From contig VGZG01000001.1 of the NCBI GenBank assembly GCA_016872675.1, positions 77,182 to 141,181 of the forward strand: 64,000 nt of DNA. Reading direction: 5' to 3'. A model generated the notes under the pieces. It worked only from the letters and a program-made list of their open reading frames with translations. It searched no databases and was not told the DNA's origin. Position 1 is the stretch's first letter. The number at the start of each line of letters is the position of its first letter. This document shows positions 8,775 to 17,356 of this stretch, in pieces. Both the position numbers and the translations under genes were made by a program. Source of the stretch: Planctomycetota bacterium. Its GTDB lineage: Bacteria; Planctomycetota; UBA1135; UBA2386.

Positions 8775-10463
8775 TCAGCGACCGCCGCGCAACTCCGGCG
8801 GCACGACGTCGACGGCGCCCACCGGCCGCGGCAAACCGAGACGTTCGGCGAACCACACCGCGCCGAAGCCTGGCGTGATCGGCTGCGCCACCACCGTCTT
8901 GCGCGGCACGCCGCGGCCGACGGCGATGCCCACCACCGCGCGGTCGTACGGGTGCGGGGTGCCGTGCGTCGCCGGCGTGGCGCCGTCGAGCCAGTGTGGC
9001 TTGACGACCAACTGCACCTCGCCGGCGCGACCGTCGTACAAGGCCTCGACGAGGCTCTGCGCGATTGGATCGTCGCCTGGCCCCTTGGCCAGCAAGTCCT
9101 CGGTGGCGTACGCCGCGGCGATGCCTGGCACCTTGGGCGCGATCGCAGCGAGCGCGCGCGCCGCCGCCGTGCGCACCTCGGCGAGCGACCGCGCGCCGCG
9201 CACCGCGTCGAGCGTCGCGTCATCGAAGAACACGGACCACTCGCCGACGTGGGCGAGGAACTTGCGTCCCGCCGGCGGTGCGCCGAACTCGTTGGCGAGA
9301 GCCTTCTCGCACGCGGCGCCGACGAAGGTCTGGATGACGCGACGGCCGGCGTCGACGCCCTGCGCGCGCACCCACTCGGGCGTCGGCGCGACACCGTGGT
9401 CGGCAGTGAGGAACAGCTCGTAGCGGCCGACGCCGACCTCGCGGTCGAGGCTGGCGAGCAGCAGCGCGAGATCGCGGTCGAGACGCAGCAGTCCGTCGCG
9501 CGCTTCCACCGAGTCGGCGCCGAAGACGTGGCCCATGACGTCCGTCGCCGCGAAGCCGACGCACAACAGGTCAACGATGTCGTCCTTGCCGAGGGCGAAC
9601 GCGCGGATCGCCGCCTCGGCGCACAGCCGCACGGCCGTGTTGCCGAAAGGGGATGCGTAGATCTGCGTGTAGTACGCGGGGCCCGGCTGCGGCAGGCCGC
9701 CAGTCAGCGGCTGCGGCAGCGTGCGCTGCTGGCTGCCGTTGCCGTGCGCGAGCTCGTACGGCCGGTTGTCGACGAGCAGCGCGTAGGCCGACGCCGGACC
9801 GCTGCATTCCCAGCTCGTGCCGAACCACTGGTCGAGCGGCTTCTTCGCGTTGAACTCGAGCAGCCACGCCGGCGCCGTCGCCGTCCACGCCGTGTTGGTG
9901 ACGAAGCGACCCGTCGACGACTCGCACCAGACCGCGAGGTCGGCCTTGGCGCCGGCCATCAGGATCGCGGAGCGGTCCTTCCAGGCGACGCTGACGGTGA
10001 CGCTGCGCGGATCGCGTGCTTCCATCGCTGCGGCCAGCGTCGGGGCGCGCTGCAACCCGGCGCCGCGGTTCTTGCCCTCGGGCAGGTCGGGGAGCGCGGC
10101 CATCGGCTCGTCGACGCAGTAGGTCTTGGCCGCCTTCTCGCGCACCCACCACTGGTTGCGCACGATGCCGTGCACGCGCGCGGCGACGCCGGTGCCGATC
10201 GTGGTGTGGCCGGGGCCGGTCTCGGTGCACGCATGCGCGTAGCGACAGTCGGCGAACTCGGCGCCCTCGGCGAGCAGGCGCGCGAAGCCGCCATCGGCGG
10301 CGAGGTGCGGCCGCGCGGCGTCGAACACCCACTGCGCGAGCTGGTCGACGGAGACCAACACGCACAACCGCGGCGCGGCCGCGGCGTCGGCGACGTCGGG
10401 GTCCTGGGCCACGGCCAGGGCCGCCAGCAGCGCGGCGGCGGACAGCGCGGCGAGGGGGTTCAT
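8775..10463 (-). CDS. Alkaline phosphatase superfamily protein (PafA/NPP-like phosphatase), secreted
   Basis: Start ATG 10463 (MNPLAALSAAALLAALAVAQ, signal peptide). Metal/nucleophile blocks: VLVSVDQL, CTETGPGHTTIGTG, ATDVMGHVFG, LTADHG. ATGA overlap with the upstream gene. Confidence 0.82.
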   Translation of the reverse strand: MNPLAALSAAALLAALAVAQDPDVADAAAAPRLCVLVSVDQLAQWVFDAARPHLAADGGFARLLAEGAEFADCRYAHACTETGPGHTTIGTGVAARVHGIVRNQWWVREKAAKTYCVDEPMAALPDLPEGKNRGAGLQRAPTLAAAMEARDPRSVTVSVAWKDRSAILMAGAKADLAVWCESSTGRFVTNTAWTATAPAWLLEFNAKKPLDQWFGTSWECSGPASAYALLVDNRPYELAHGNGSQQRTLPQPLTGGLPQPGPAYYTQIYASPFGNTAVRLCAEAAIRAFALGKDDIVDLLCVGFAATDVMGHVFGADSVEARDGLLRLDRDLALLLASLDREVGVGRYELFLTADHGVAPTPEWVRAQGVDAGRRVIQTFVGAACEKALANEFGAPPAGRKFLAHVGEWSVFFDDATLDAVRGARSLAEVRTAAARALAAIAPKVPGIAAAYATEDLLAKGPGDDPIAQSLVEALYDGRAGEVQLVVKPHWLDGATPATHGTPHPYDRAVVGIAVGRGVPRKTVVAQPITPGFGAVWFAERLGLPRPVGAVDVVPPELRGGR

Positions 10464-11650
10464 GCGCGCAGTATCTTGGCGACGCGCTCGACCGTGCGCC
10501 ACGGCAAGAGGCCGAGGTGGTAGACGGCGATCGCGCCGACGCCGTTGGCGCGGCAAGTCTCGCGCAGCTTCGCCAGATCGTCGTCGCCGGCGAACTGCGG
10601 GGCCTTGGGCCACACGCACACGCGCAGCGGCGCGCCACCGCGCCGCGCCGCCTGGATCGACGCGGCCGCAAGCATGCGCCCGATCGCGTCTGGACCTTCG
10701 CCGTAGGCGGTGATCACGCGCTCGTCGCCGGCGGCGAACGCGGCCGCCGCGTCGGCAGCGAACTGGCTGCCGGTGAACCACGGATGCGGATGCACCTGCA
10801 CCGCGCGCGCCACACGCGGCGTGTTCTGCGCGACCAGCGCGGCGAGCGCGCGGGCCGTCGCCGCTCGCCCGGCGAGCACGGCGTCGAGCCAACCGATGGC
10901 GACGCCCGCCGCCGCCGCTTCGACCGGATTGCCCGGATGCTTGCCCGGCGCCAACGCGTCGCCATCGGCGAGCGCGCTCTCGATGTAGGCCTGCGCGGCG
11001 GCCTGCGCAGCCACCGGGTCGTGGCCTGCCGCCTTGATCTGCGCCACGCACGCCCGGCAGAAGCACGCCGACAGCGCCGCATCGAGCAGGCCGCTCGGCG
11101 AGAAGCTGGCCTTGTCGTGGTGACTGCTGTGCTTCCAGCCCATCTGGCCGAGCGCCTCGAGTTCGATCGTCTGCAGGCCTTGGTGCGCGCCCACGTCCTG
11201 CGCCAGCGCGGCGATGTGCCGCTGCACCACCGGCTGCGCCGGGCACAGCGCGTACGGATAGACGTCACCGAGCGCATTCCGCACGCATAGGTCCGGACGC
11301 CGCGCGCCGAGCCGCGAGTTGTGCGTGAACACCGTCCAGGCGCGCGTCTGTAGCCCGACGGCGCTCGCTTCGGCGCACAAGCTATCGAGCGGCGATGGAC
11401 CATCGATCGGCACCTCAGCCGACGGCAGCGGCCGCAGTTCGCCGTAGTCGGCGCGCGGCCGGAAGTGCACCGTGCCGTCCTCGAGGAAGCGCACGCGGCC
11501 CTCCGGGTGCCAAGGCATCAGCCAGCGGCCGTCGTGGTAGCTGGCGGCGATCGCGACCTCGTCGCAGCCGAGGTCGCGGATGCGCGCCAAGCCGCCGTGG
11601 CCGGCGAGCGCGCGCAGGTCGAACGGATGCAGGTAGAGACACAGCCGCAT
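10460..11650 (-). CDS. Hypothetical protein (possibly a TIM-barrel hydrolase-like fold)
   Basis: Start ATG 11650 (MRLCLYLHPFDL). 396 aa with normal composition. Translationally coupled (ATGA) to the phosphatase gene. I recognise no family signature with confidence. Confidence 0.6.
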   Translation of the reverse strand: MRLCLYLHPFDLRALAGHGGLARIRDLGCDEVAIAASYHDGRWLMPWHPEGRVRFLEDGTVHFRPRADYGELRPLPSAEVPIDGPSPLDSLCAEASAVGLQTRAWTVFTHNSRLGARRPDLCVRNALGDVYPYALCPAQPVVQRHIAALAQDVGAHQGLQTIELEALGQMGWKHSSHHDKASFSPSGLLDAALSACFCRACVAQIKAAGHDPVAAQAAAQAYIESALADGDALAPGKHPGNPVEAAAAGVAIGWLDAVLAGRAATARALAALVAQNTPRVARAVQVHPHPWFTGSQFAADAAAAFAAGDERVITAYGEGPDAIGRMLAAASIQAARRGGAPLRVCVWPKAPQFAGDDDLAKLRETCRANGVGAIAVYHLGLLPWRTVERVAKILRA

Positions 11651-11864
11651 GACCGGAGCGTACGGGGACGGCCGGGCTGCGCCATCGCGCAGCCTCGCGA
11701 TGGGCCGACGCGCGCCGAACCGGCGCGTGGTCCGCAGTCGCAGCAGCGCCGATGACCGCAGGCATACCGGCGGATTCGCCGCGGATCGGCGGCTGGCTAC
11801 AGGGCGCAACGACGCGAAACGCCGCGGCGTGGCCGCGCGTGACGCAGATTCGTAGGATACGCGC

Positions 11865-12740
11865 GTGCCCCGCTTCGTTGCCGGCCTTGCCCTCTGCTTC
11901 GCCGTCGCGGCCTGCGGCGCGCCACCACCGCCCGTGGTGAGCGGGGACCTGCGACTGCCGACGGGCGCGCGCGTCGCGACGCTGGTCGCGCCGGCCTACG
12001 ATGGGCAGGCCGCTGCCGCGACGTGCAAACCGTTCCATCGCGTCTTCGCGGTCGACGGCAGGCAACTGACCAAGGACCTCGACGGCGAGTTCCCCCACCA
12101 CCGCGGCGTATTCGTCGGCTGGAACCACGTCATCTGCGGCGACGCGACGTTGGACTTCTGGCACTGCCGCAACGGTGAAGCGCAGCGCACGCTGGCGGTT
12201 ACCGGCGGCAGCGACGCGTCGCAGGTTGCGACCATCGCGTGGACCGATGCGGCCGGCGGCGAGATCCTACGCGAGACGCGCACCGTCGCCGTGCGGCCAC
12301 TGGCCGATGGCGCGTTCGCGCTCGATGTGACGTCGGAGCTGACGACGACGCAACCGAGCGTGCGCCTGGGCGGCGATCCGCAACATGCCGGCAACCAGTT
12401 CCGCGCCGTGCAGCGCTTCGCCGATGCGGACGGGCCAAAGGTCGACTACGTGCGGCCGGCGGCCGCAGGCGCGCACGGCAACGACGTCTGGACCGGCTGC
12501 CGCTGGATCGCTGCCGTGCTGCCGATGGCGGGCGGCCCGGTCACCGTGCTGCGCATCGAAGGCGACGGCAATCCGCCCGCCGACTGGTCGACGCGCCCTT
12601 ACGGGCGCTTTGGCGCAATGTGGCGCGCCGAGTTGACGCCAACGCGGCCGCTGCGCCTCGCCGTCACCTATGTCGTGGCCGACGGGGCGCGCGACGCCGC
12701 GTGGTGCGACGCAACGGCGGCGGCGCCGTCGCGGCGCTGA
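11865..12740 (+). CDS. PmoA-family / DUF6807-like lipoprotein
   Basis: GTG start. Lipobox-like LALCFAVAAC. Block FPHHRGVFVGWNHV...LDFWHC resembles the DUF6807 (PmoA-like) family common in PVC bacteria. Confidence 0.65.
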   Translation: MPRFVAGLALCFAVAACGAPPPPVVSGDLRLPTGARVATLVAPAYDGQAAAATCKPFHRVFAVDGRQLTKDLDGEFPHHRGVFVGWNHVICGDATLDFWHCRNGEAQRTLAVTGGSDASQVATIAWTDAAGGEILRETRTVAVRPLADGAFALDVTSELTTTQPSVRLGGDPQHAGNQFRAVQRFADADGPKVDYVRPAAAGAHGNDVWTGCRWIAAVLPMAGGPVTVLRIEGDGNPPADWSTRPYGRFGAMWRAELTPTRPLRLAVTYVVADGARDAAWCDATAAAPSRR

Positions 12741-12746
12741 CCGCGC

Positions 12747-13409
12747 TCAGCGCGCGCGCAGCTGCGCCAGTTCGGCCTGCAGCGCAAGCACCTGCCGCTC
12801 GAGGTCGGCGACGCGGACCGCGAGGTCGCCGACCGGCGTGCGCGGCGCCTCGGAGGCGACGGGCGCTGGCGCAGCCGCCGCCGGTCCGGCCTCGGATACG
12901 CCAGCAGGACTGCCGTCGCCGAGCAGGTGCCGCCAGCGGCGATCGCGCTCGCGCGGGCCGAGCGGCAACTGCTCAACCAGCGGCACGGAGCGCGACGCGA
13001 GACCTCGCAGCAGCGCCTCGATCGCCGCCGCCTCGGCCTGACAGCCCATGCGCCCGACGCGCGGCTTGAGCGCGCCCGGCGCCTGTGGGCCGCGCAACAG
13101 CAGTTCAGCGAACACCGGCAGCTCGCCGGGCGCGCACGGCAGGATTTCGTCGAGCTTGTGGCGGTACTTCGGCACGCGCCCGGCGCCGTCGATGCGCGCG
13201 AGCACGCCCTTCTGCTGCAACGCCATCAGCGCGCCCGCCACCTGGAAGACCTCGTACGCGGTGACCGGGTCGCGGTTGTTGGACTGATTGCAGCCGGCGA
13301 CCAGCGCGTGCTCGGTCAGTGGGTAGCTGTCGGGCACCGACAGCTGCTTCTCGATCAGCGTGCCGACGATGCGCTGCTCGGTCGGATCGAGCCGGAGAGC
13401 CTGCTTCAT
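12747..13409 (-). CDS. yceH: YceH-family (DUF480/UPF0502) protein
   Basis: N-terminus LDPTEQRIVGTLIEKQLSVPDSYPLTEHALVAGCNQSNNRDPV is the characteristic YceH opening. C-terminal coiled coil. ATGA overlap with the upstream gene. Confidence 0.8.
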   Translation of the reverse strand: MKQALRLDPTEQRIVGTLIEKQLSVPDSYPLTEHALVAGCNQSNNRDPVTAYEVFQVAGALMALQQKGVLARIDGAGRVPKYRHKLDEILPCAPGELPVFAELLLRGPQAPGALKPRVGRMGCQAEAAAIEALLRGLASRSVPLVEQLPLGPRERDRRWRHLLGDGSPAGVSEAGPAAAAPAPVASEAPRTPVGDLAVRVADLERQVLALQAELAQLRAR

Positions 13410-15643
13410 GGGCGTTCGCCGCCGCCCGTGGGCGGCGTCACGCCGGGGATGCCGCCAGGCAGCTGCTTCTTGCGATCTGCCGCTGCCTTCTTCTTGGCGG
13501 CCTCCTCGTCGGCCTTCTTCTTCGCCGCTGTCTCCGTCGTCGGTTGGGTCGTCGACTTGCCGCCGCCGCCCGGCAGGCCCGGAATGCCGCCCGGCAGGAG
13601 CTTCTTCAGCTCGTCGGCAGCCTTCTTCTTGGCCGCCTCCTCGAGCCGCTTCTTCTCGGCGTCGAGCTTGGCCTGCGCCTCGGCGGCGAAGCGCTTGGCT
13701 TCGGCTTCCGCCTTGGCCTTGGCCTCGTCGGCCAAGCGCTTGGCCTCGGCTGCGGCCGCGGCCTTGGCGGCGTCGAGGTTCTCGCCAACCGACTTGCTCG
13801 GATCGAGGTACTTGCCGGCGTCGATGCCGTACTTGCCGAGCAGCTTGCCGGACTGACCCGCGACGAAGTTGGCGAGTTCCTGCTTGCCAGCCTCGAGCAA
13901 CGCGTCCTGCAGCGCCTTGTCCGAAAGCGCGAACGACGGCCGCGTCAGCGGACCCTTGATGCCGATCGGCAACGACAACGACTCGACCTTGGTCTCCTTG
14001 CTGCCTGCAAGCGCGAACGTCGTGTCCTTGATGGTGACGTCGAGCGGCAGATCGAGCGACAACGGTTGGCCGCCCCGCCGCTGCAGACCGCCCGCGGCGG
14101 CGAGGTCGAGCGTGCCGCCGCGCAGCGGCGCCGCGCCGCCGATCTTCAGCTGGCCGAACACGCTGTCGACCGGCACGCCCTTCTGGGCATAGGTAAAGCT
14201 GAGCGCGGGCGTGCCGACGGCAGCGGCGCGGCCGGCGCGCGACAGGCCGACGGCCAGGATGCCGCTCTGCGCCTTGAGGTCGAACGACAGGTTGCCGTCG
14301 ACGAGCGCCGGCCGGTCGGAGAGGTTGGCCGCCTTGAGGTCGAGCTTGCCGGCCTTGCCGCCGAGCGAGTAGCCGATGCCGTCGATGACGACATTGCGAA
14401 CGAGCACGCGCGGCGCTCCGTCGAACAGGTGCGTCGCGACGACGCGCGCGAGCCCAGCGACCTCCGCCTTGGCGCGTTCGTCGGCCTGCCGCTGCTGCTC
14501 GGCCTGCCGCTCTTCCGGCGTCGGATCCGCCTTCGGCGCTTCGGGACCAGCGATCTTCTCGATCCAGTCGCGCGCCTGCGCGAGACGCTCCTTCCAGACA
14601 TTGTAGTCCTTCAGCACATCGTCGATCGTCGGCAGGCCGCCGGGCTCCTTCGGCGGCTCCGGCGGCGGCTCGGCGCCGGGGTAGCGCACGCCCGGCGTGG
14701 CGCGCGCAGCGCCGCTGCGGGCGTTTTGCGCGGTGATCGCCTCGATGACGAAGCGCTTGCGCAGCAGTTCGCCGGTGTCGAGCGTCGCGACCAGCGCGTC
14801 GGCGGCGAACAGGTCCACGCCGAGGTCCTTGCTGTCGGCGATGGCGAGGCCATCGACGCGCAGTTCACCGCTGCCGAGACCGAGCTGCGCGGTCTTGACG
14901 TCGACGGTCGCGCCGTTCATCGCCTGCAGGCCCGATTGCAGCGTGCGCGTCAGCACCGGCGCCGAGAGCCACGTCTGCAGGACCCACACGCTGGCGACGA
15001 ACACCGCCGCGACGACGACGCCGCCGATGCGGACCGGCAGGCCGGCCTTCTTCTGCGCCGCGAGTTCCTGCCACGTCAGCTTCTTCTGGCCCTTGCCGAG
15101 GAACAGCCACGTCAGCAGCTTGACCCACTTCTTGCTCGCGTACTGCTGGTAGACCGCGCTGCTGGCTTCGAGTCCGGCCATCTTGCCGCGCACCGCGCGG
15201 ATGCCGCGATTCATCAGCCCGCCGACGAGCACGCCGTACACGAGGCCGAGCACGAGGCCGCCGGCGGTGGCGTAGTACTCGAGGCCGAACCACGCCGTGA
15301 CCTTGCCGTTGACGAGGCCGCGGAAGGTCCCCGCGAACGGCCCGTCGAGCAGCCAGCGACCGAGCGCGTAGCTGACCGGCAGCAGCGCGAGGCTCAGCAG
15401 TTTGCCGACCAGCGTGACGAGGCCGAACACGCCGAGGTTGGCGTTCAGCACCAGCACGAGGAACAGCAGCAGCAGGATCAGGCCCGGCGCCTGCATCAGG
15501 CCGCCGCCGAGGTCGCCCGGCAGGAAGAAGCCGGGGACGAAGCCGAGCGCGCCGCCGATCACGGTCGCGAGGAGCACTTGCAGGGGCGTCGCGTTGCCCC
15601 GGAACACCGACCCGATCTTCCGCAGGAGGAACATGGTCGCCAC
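13406..15643 (-). CDS. Large membrane protein: N-terminal DUF2062/TIGR03546-like polytopic module fused to a TIGR03545/AsmA-like beta-rich module, with a Lys/Ala-rich repeat tail
   Basis: 745 aa. About 4 TM helices in the first 150 aa, another TM near aa 215, then AsmA-like repeats (GATVDVKTAQLGLGSGELRVDGLAIAD...). The C-terminus has two copies of AAKKKA..KK.LPGGIPG. Family assignment is from memory and unverified. Confidence 0.7.
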   Translation of the reverse strand: MATMFLLRKIGSVFRGNATPLQVLLATVIGGALGFVPGFFLPGDLGGGLMQAPGLILLLLFLVLVLNANLGVFGLVTLVGKLLSLALLPVSYALGRWLLDGPFAGTFRGLVNGKVTAWFGLEYYATAGGLVLGLVYGVLVGGLMNRGIRAVRGKMAGLEASSAVYQQYASKKWVKLLTWLFLGKGQKKLTWQELAAQKKAGLPVRIGGVVVAAVFVASVWVLQTWLSAPVLTRTLQSGLQAMNGATVDVKTAQLGLGSGELRVDGLAIADSKDLGVDLFAADALVATLDTGELLRKRFVIEAITAQNARSGAARATPGVRYPGAEPPPEPPKEPGGLPTIDDVLKDYNVWKERLAQARDWIEKIAGPEAPKADPTPEERQAEQQRQADERAKAEVAGLARVVATHLFDGAPRVLVRNVVIDGIGYSLGGKAGKLDLKAANLSDRPALVDGNLSFDLKAQSGILAVGLSRAGRAAAVGTPALSFTYAQKGVPVDSVFGQLKIGGAAPLRGGTLDLAAAGGLQRRGGQPLSLDLPLDVTIKDTTFALAGSKETKVESLSLPIGIKGPLTRPSFALSDKALQDALLEAGKQELANFVAGQSGKLLGKYGIDAGKYLDPSKSVGENLDAAKAAAAAEAKRLADEAKAKAEAEAKRFAAEAQAKLDAEKKRLEEAAKKKAADELKKLLPGGIPGLPGGGGKSTTQPTTETAAKKKADEEAAKKKAAADRKKQLPGGIPGVTPPTGGGERP

Positions 15644-15700
15644 GGTAGGCGCCGGCCGCCGGCCGCGCCAACCTGCGGCGGTCAGCGCCCAGCCGAGCGG

Positions 15701-17185
15701 TCAGACCGCGCCCGGATGCAGGCGCAGCAGTTCGGCGCGGAAGCGCGCGCGCAGCGCCGCCGTCGCCCAAGCGCGGCTCTGGTCCGGCAACACCGGCTCG
15801 CCCAGGCGCACGAACGGCGCCGCCACTGCGTCACACGGCAGGTCGGCCTCGCCGCCAGCACGGCGCACCGCCCACAGCGCCTGGATGGCGCCGCCAAGCG
15901 CGGCCGACTCGGTCTCGGCGAGCAGGCGAATCGAGCAGCCGAACACGTCGGCGAGAATCTGCCGCCACAACGGGTTGTGCGCGCCGCCGCCGGTGAGGCG
16001 CACCTCGCCGATCTGCAAGCCGAGCGCGCGCAGGCGGTCGAGGCCGAGGCCGAGGTTGCAAGCGGTGCCTTCGAGCGCGGCGCGGTAGAGGTGCCCCGGG
16101 CGCAGCAGGCCCGGTCGCAGGCCGAGCAGCGTGCCGGTCGCATGCGGCAGGTCAGGCACGCGCTCACCCATCAGGAACGGCAGCCACACGAGGCCGTCGC
16201 TGCCCGGCGCCACCTGTGCTGCGGCCGCCGCGAGCGCGCCGTGGTCGAGACCGGTCAGCGCGCGCACCTCCTCGGTCACGCCGGTGAGGTTCATCACGCA
16301 CAAGAGCGGCAGCCACGCGCCGTCGCTGCTGCAGAACGGCGCGATCAGGCCCTGCGGATCAACCATCGGCCGGTCGGTGCGCGCGAACACCGTGCCCGAC
16401 GTGCCGAGGCTGGCGACGACGACGCCTTGCTTCGTAGCGCCGCTGCCGATCGCCGACATCATGTTGTCGCCGCCGCCGGCGCTGACCGGCACGCCGGCAG
16501 GCAGGCCGAGTTCAGCCGCGGTCGCGGCGCACAGCCGCCCGGCGAACGTGCCGGCGCCGCGCAGCGGCGGCAGCAGTGCGGGCAGGCGCGCGTCGATCGC
16601 CGCCATCGCGCGGGCGTCGAACGCGCGCGTCGCTGGATCGAAGAAGCCGGTGCCCGAGGCGTCGCCGGCCTCCATGCTGCGCTCCCCGGTCAGCCACGCA
16701 TTGACGAAGTCGTGCGGCAGCAGCACGGCCGCGACCTTCGCCCAGTTGGCGGGCTCGTGGCGCACGAGCCACAGCAGCTTGCTGGCGGTGAAGCCGGTCG
16801 GCACCGCGCGACCGAGCGCCGTCGACAGCTCGGCGGCCTCAGCGGCGGTCGCCGTGTCGCACCACAGCTTCGCCGGCCGCACGACCGCGCCGTTGCCGTC
16901 GAGCACGACACAGCCGTGCTGCTGGCCCGACACGCCGATGCCGCGCACGGCCGCGCAGTCGAGGCCGGCGAGCGCCTGCTTGCCGGCGACGACGCAGGCG
17001 GCGAGCCAGTCGCCGGGCCGCTGCTCCATGTGGCCGGCGGGCAGGCCGTCGACCAGCGCGTGCGGCGCGCTGCCGCGGCCGACGACCGCACGGGTCGCGG
17101 CGTCGACGACCACCGCCTTGGTGCTCTGCGTGCCGACGTCGAAGCCGAGGAACAGGCCGCGCGCGGCGGCGTCATGGGCGCTCAT
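15701..17185 (-). CDS. xylB: Xylulokinase (FGGY carbohydrate kinase)
   Basis: FGGY blocks: LGFDVGTQSTK, GVSGQQHG, SAGGGDNMMSAIG, SLGTSG, PFLMGERVP, TGGGA. Co-linear with E. coli XylB. Confidence 0.85.
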   Translation of the reverse strand: MSAHDAAARGLFLGFDVGTQSTKAVVVDAATRAVVGRGSAPHALVDGLPAGHMEQRPGDWLAACVVAGKQALAGLDCAAVRGIGVSGQQHGCVVLDGNGAVVRPAKLWCDTATAAEAAELSTALGRAVPTGFTASKLLWLVRHEPANWAKVAAVLLPHDFVNAWLTGERSMEAGDASGTGFFDPATRAFDARAMAAIDARLPALLPPLRGAGTFAGRLCAATAAELGLPAGVPVSAGGGDNMMSAIGSGATKQGVVVASLGTSGTVFARTDRPMVDPQGLIAPFCSSDGAWLPLLCVMNLTGVTEEVRALTGLDHGALAAAAAQVAPGSDGLVWLPFLMGERVPDLPHATGTLLGLRPGLLRPGHLYRAALEGTACNLGLGLDRLRALGLQIGEVRLTGGGAHNPLWRQILADVFGCSIRLLAETESAALGGAIQALWAVRRAGGEADLPCDAVAAPFVRLGEPVLPDQSRAWATAALRARFRAELLRLHPGAV

Positions 17186-17282
17186 GGCGCACGCAGGCTA
17201 GCTCGACGAGCCCGCCAATGCTGCATCGCGGCGTCAGCCCGCGGAACGCTGGCGCGCGTCAGCGCCGGAGAACAACCGATTT

Positions 17283-17329
17283 CTCAGGCGCTGCGTGGCC
17301 GCAATAGCAGCCACCAGGGGCAACCTGAG
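17283..17329 (-). terminator. Candidate intrinsic terminator / structured RNA after the haem-binding protein gene
   Basis: On the minus strand, a CUCAGG...CCUGAG outer stem encloses GUGGCUGC-UAUU-GCGGCCAC (8 bp with one G-U). It is followed by AAAUCGGUUGUUCU. The U-tract is weak. Confidence 0.3.
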
Positions 17330-17356
17330 AGCCCGTAAGGATTTCTTCTCCGGCTC

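Noticed and set aside
5727-10523. 1598-aa ORF on the plus strand, the longest in the track
   Set aside because: It is extremely Arg/Ala/Gly/Pro-rich with no motifs. It lies antisense to three well-supported minus-strand genes (DPP-IV, a hypothetical protein, a PafA-like phosphatase). This is a typical shadow frame of a high-GC genome.
13430-13800. Repetitive GC/AAG-rich DNA that looked like a tandem repeat array
   Set aside because: It lies inside a well-supported coding frame. It encodes the Lys/Ala/Glu-rich helical tail with a duplicated LPGGIPG module. There is no spacer-repeat periodicity of the CRISPR type.
13319-17338. 1339-aa plus-strand ORF
   Set aside because: It is antisense to the TIGR03545-like gene and xylB. 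Composition is R/A/G-dominated low complexity, with no recognisable domain.
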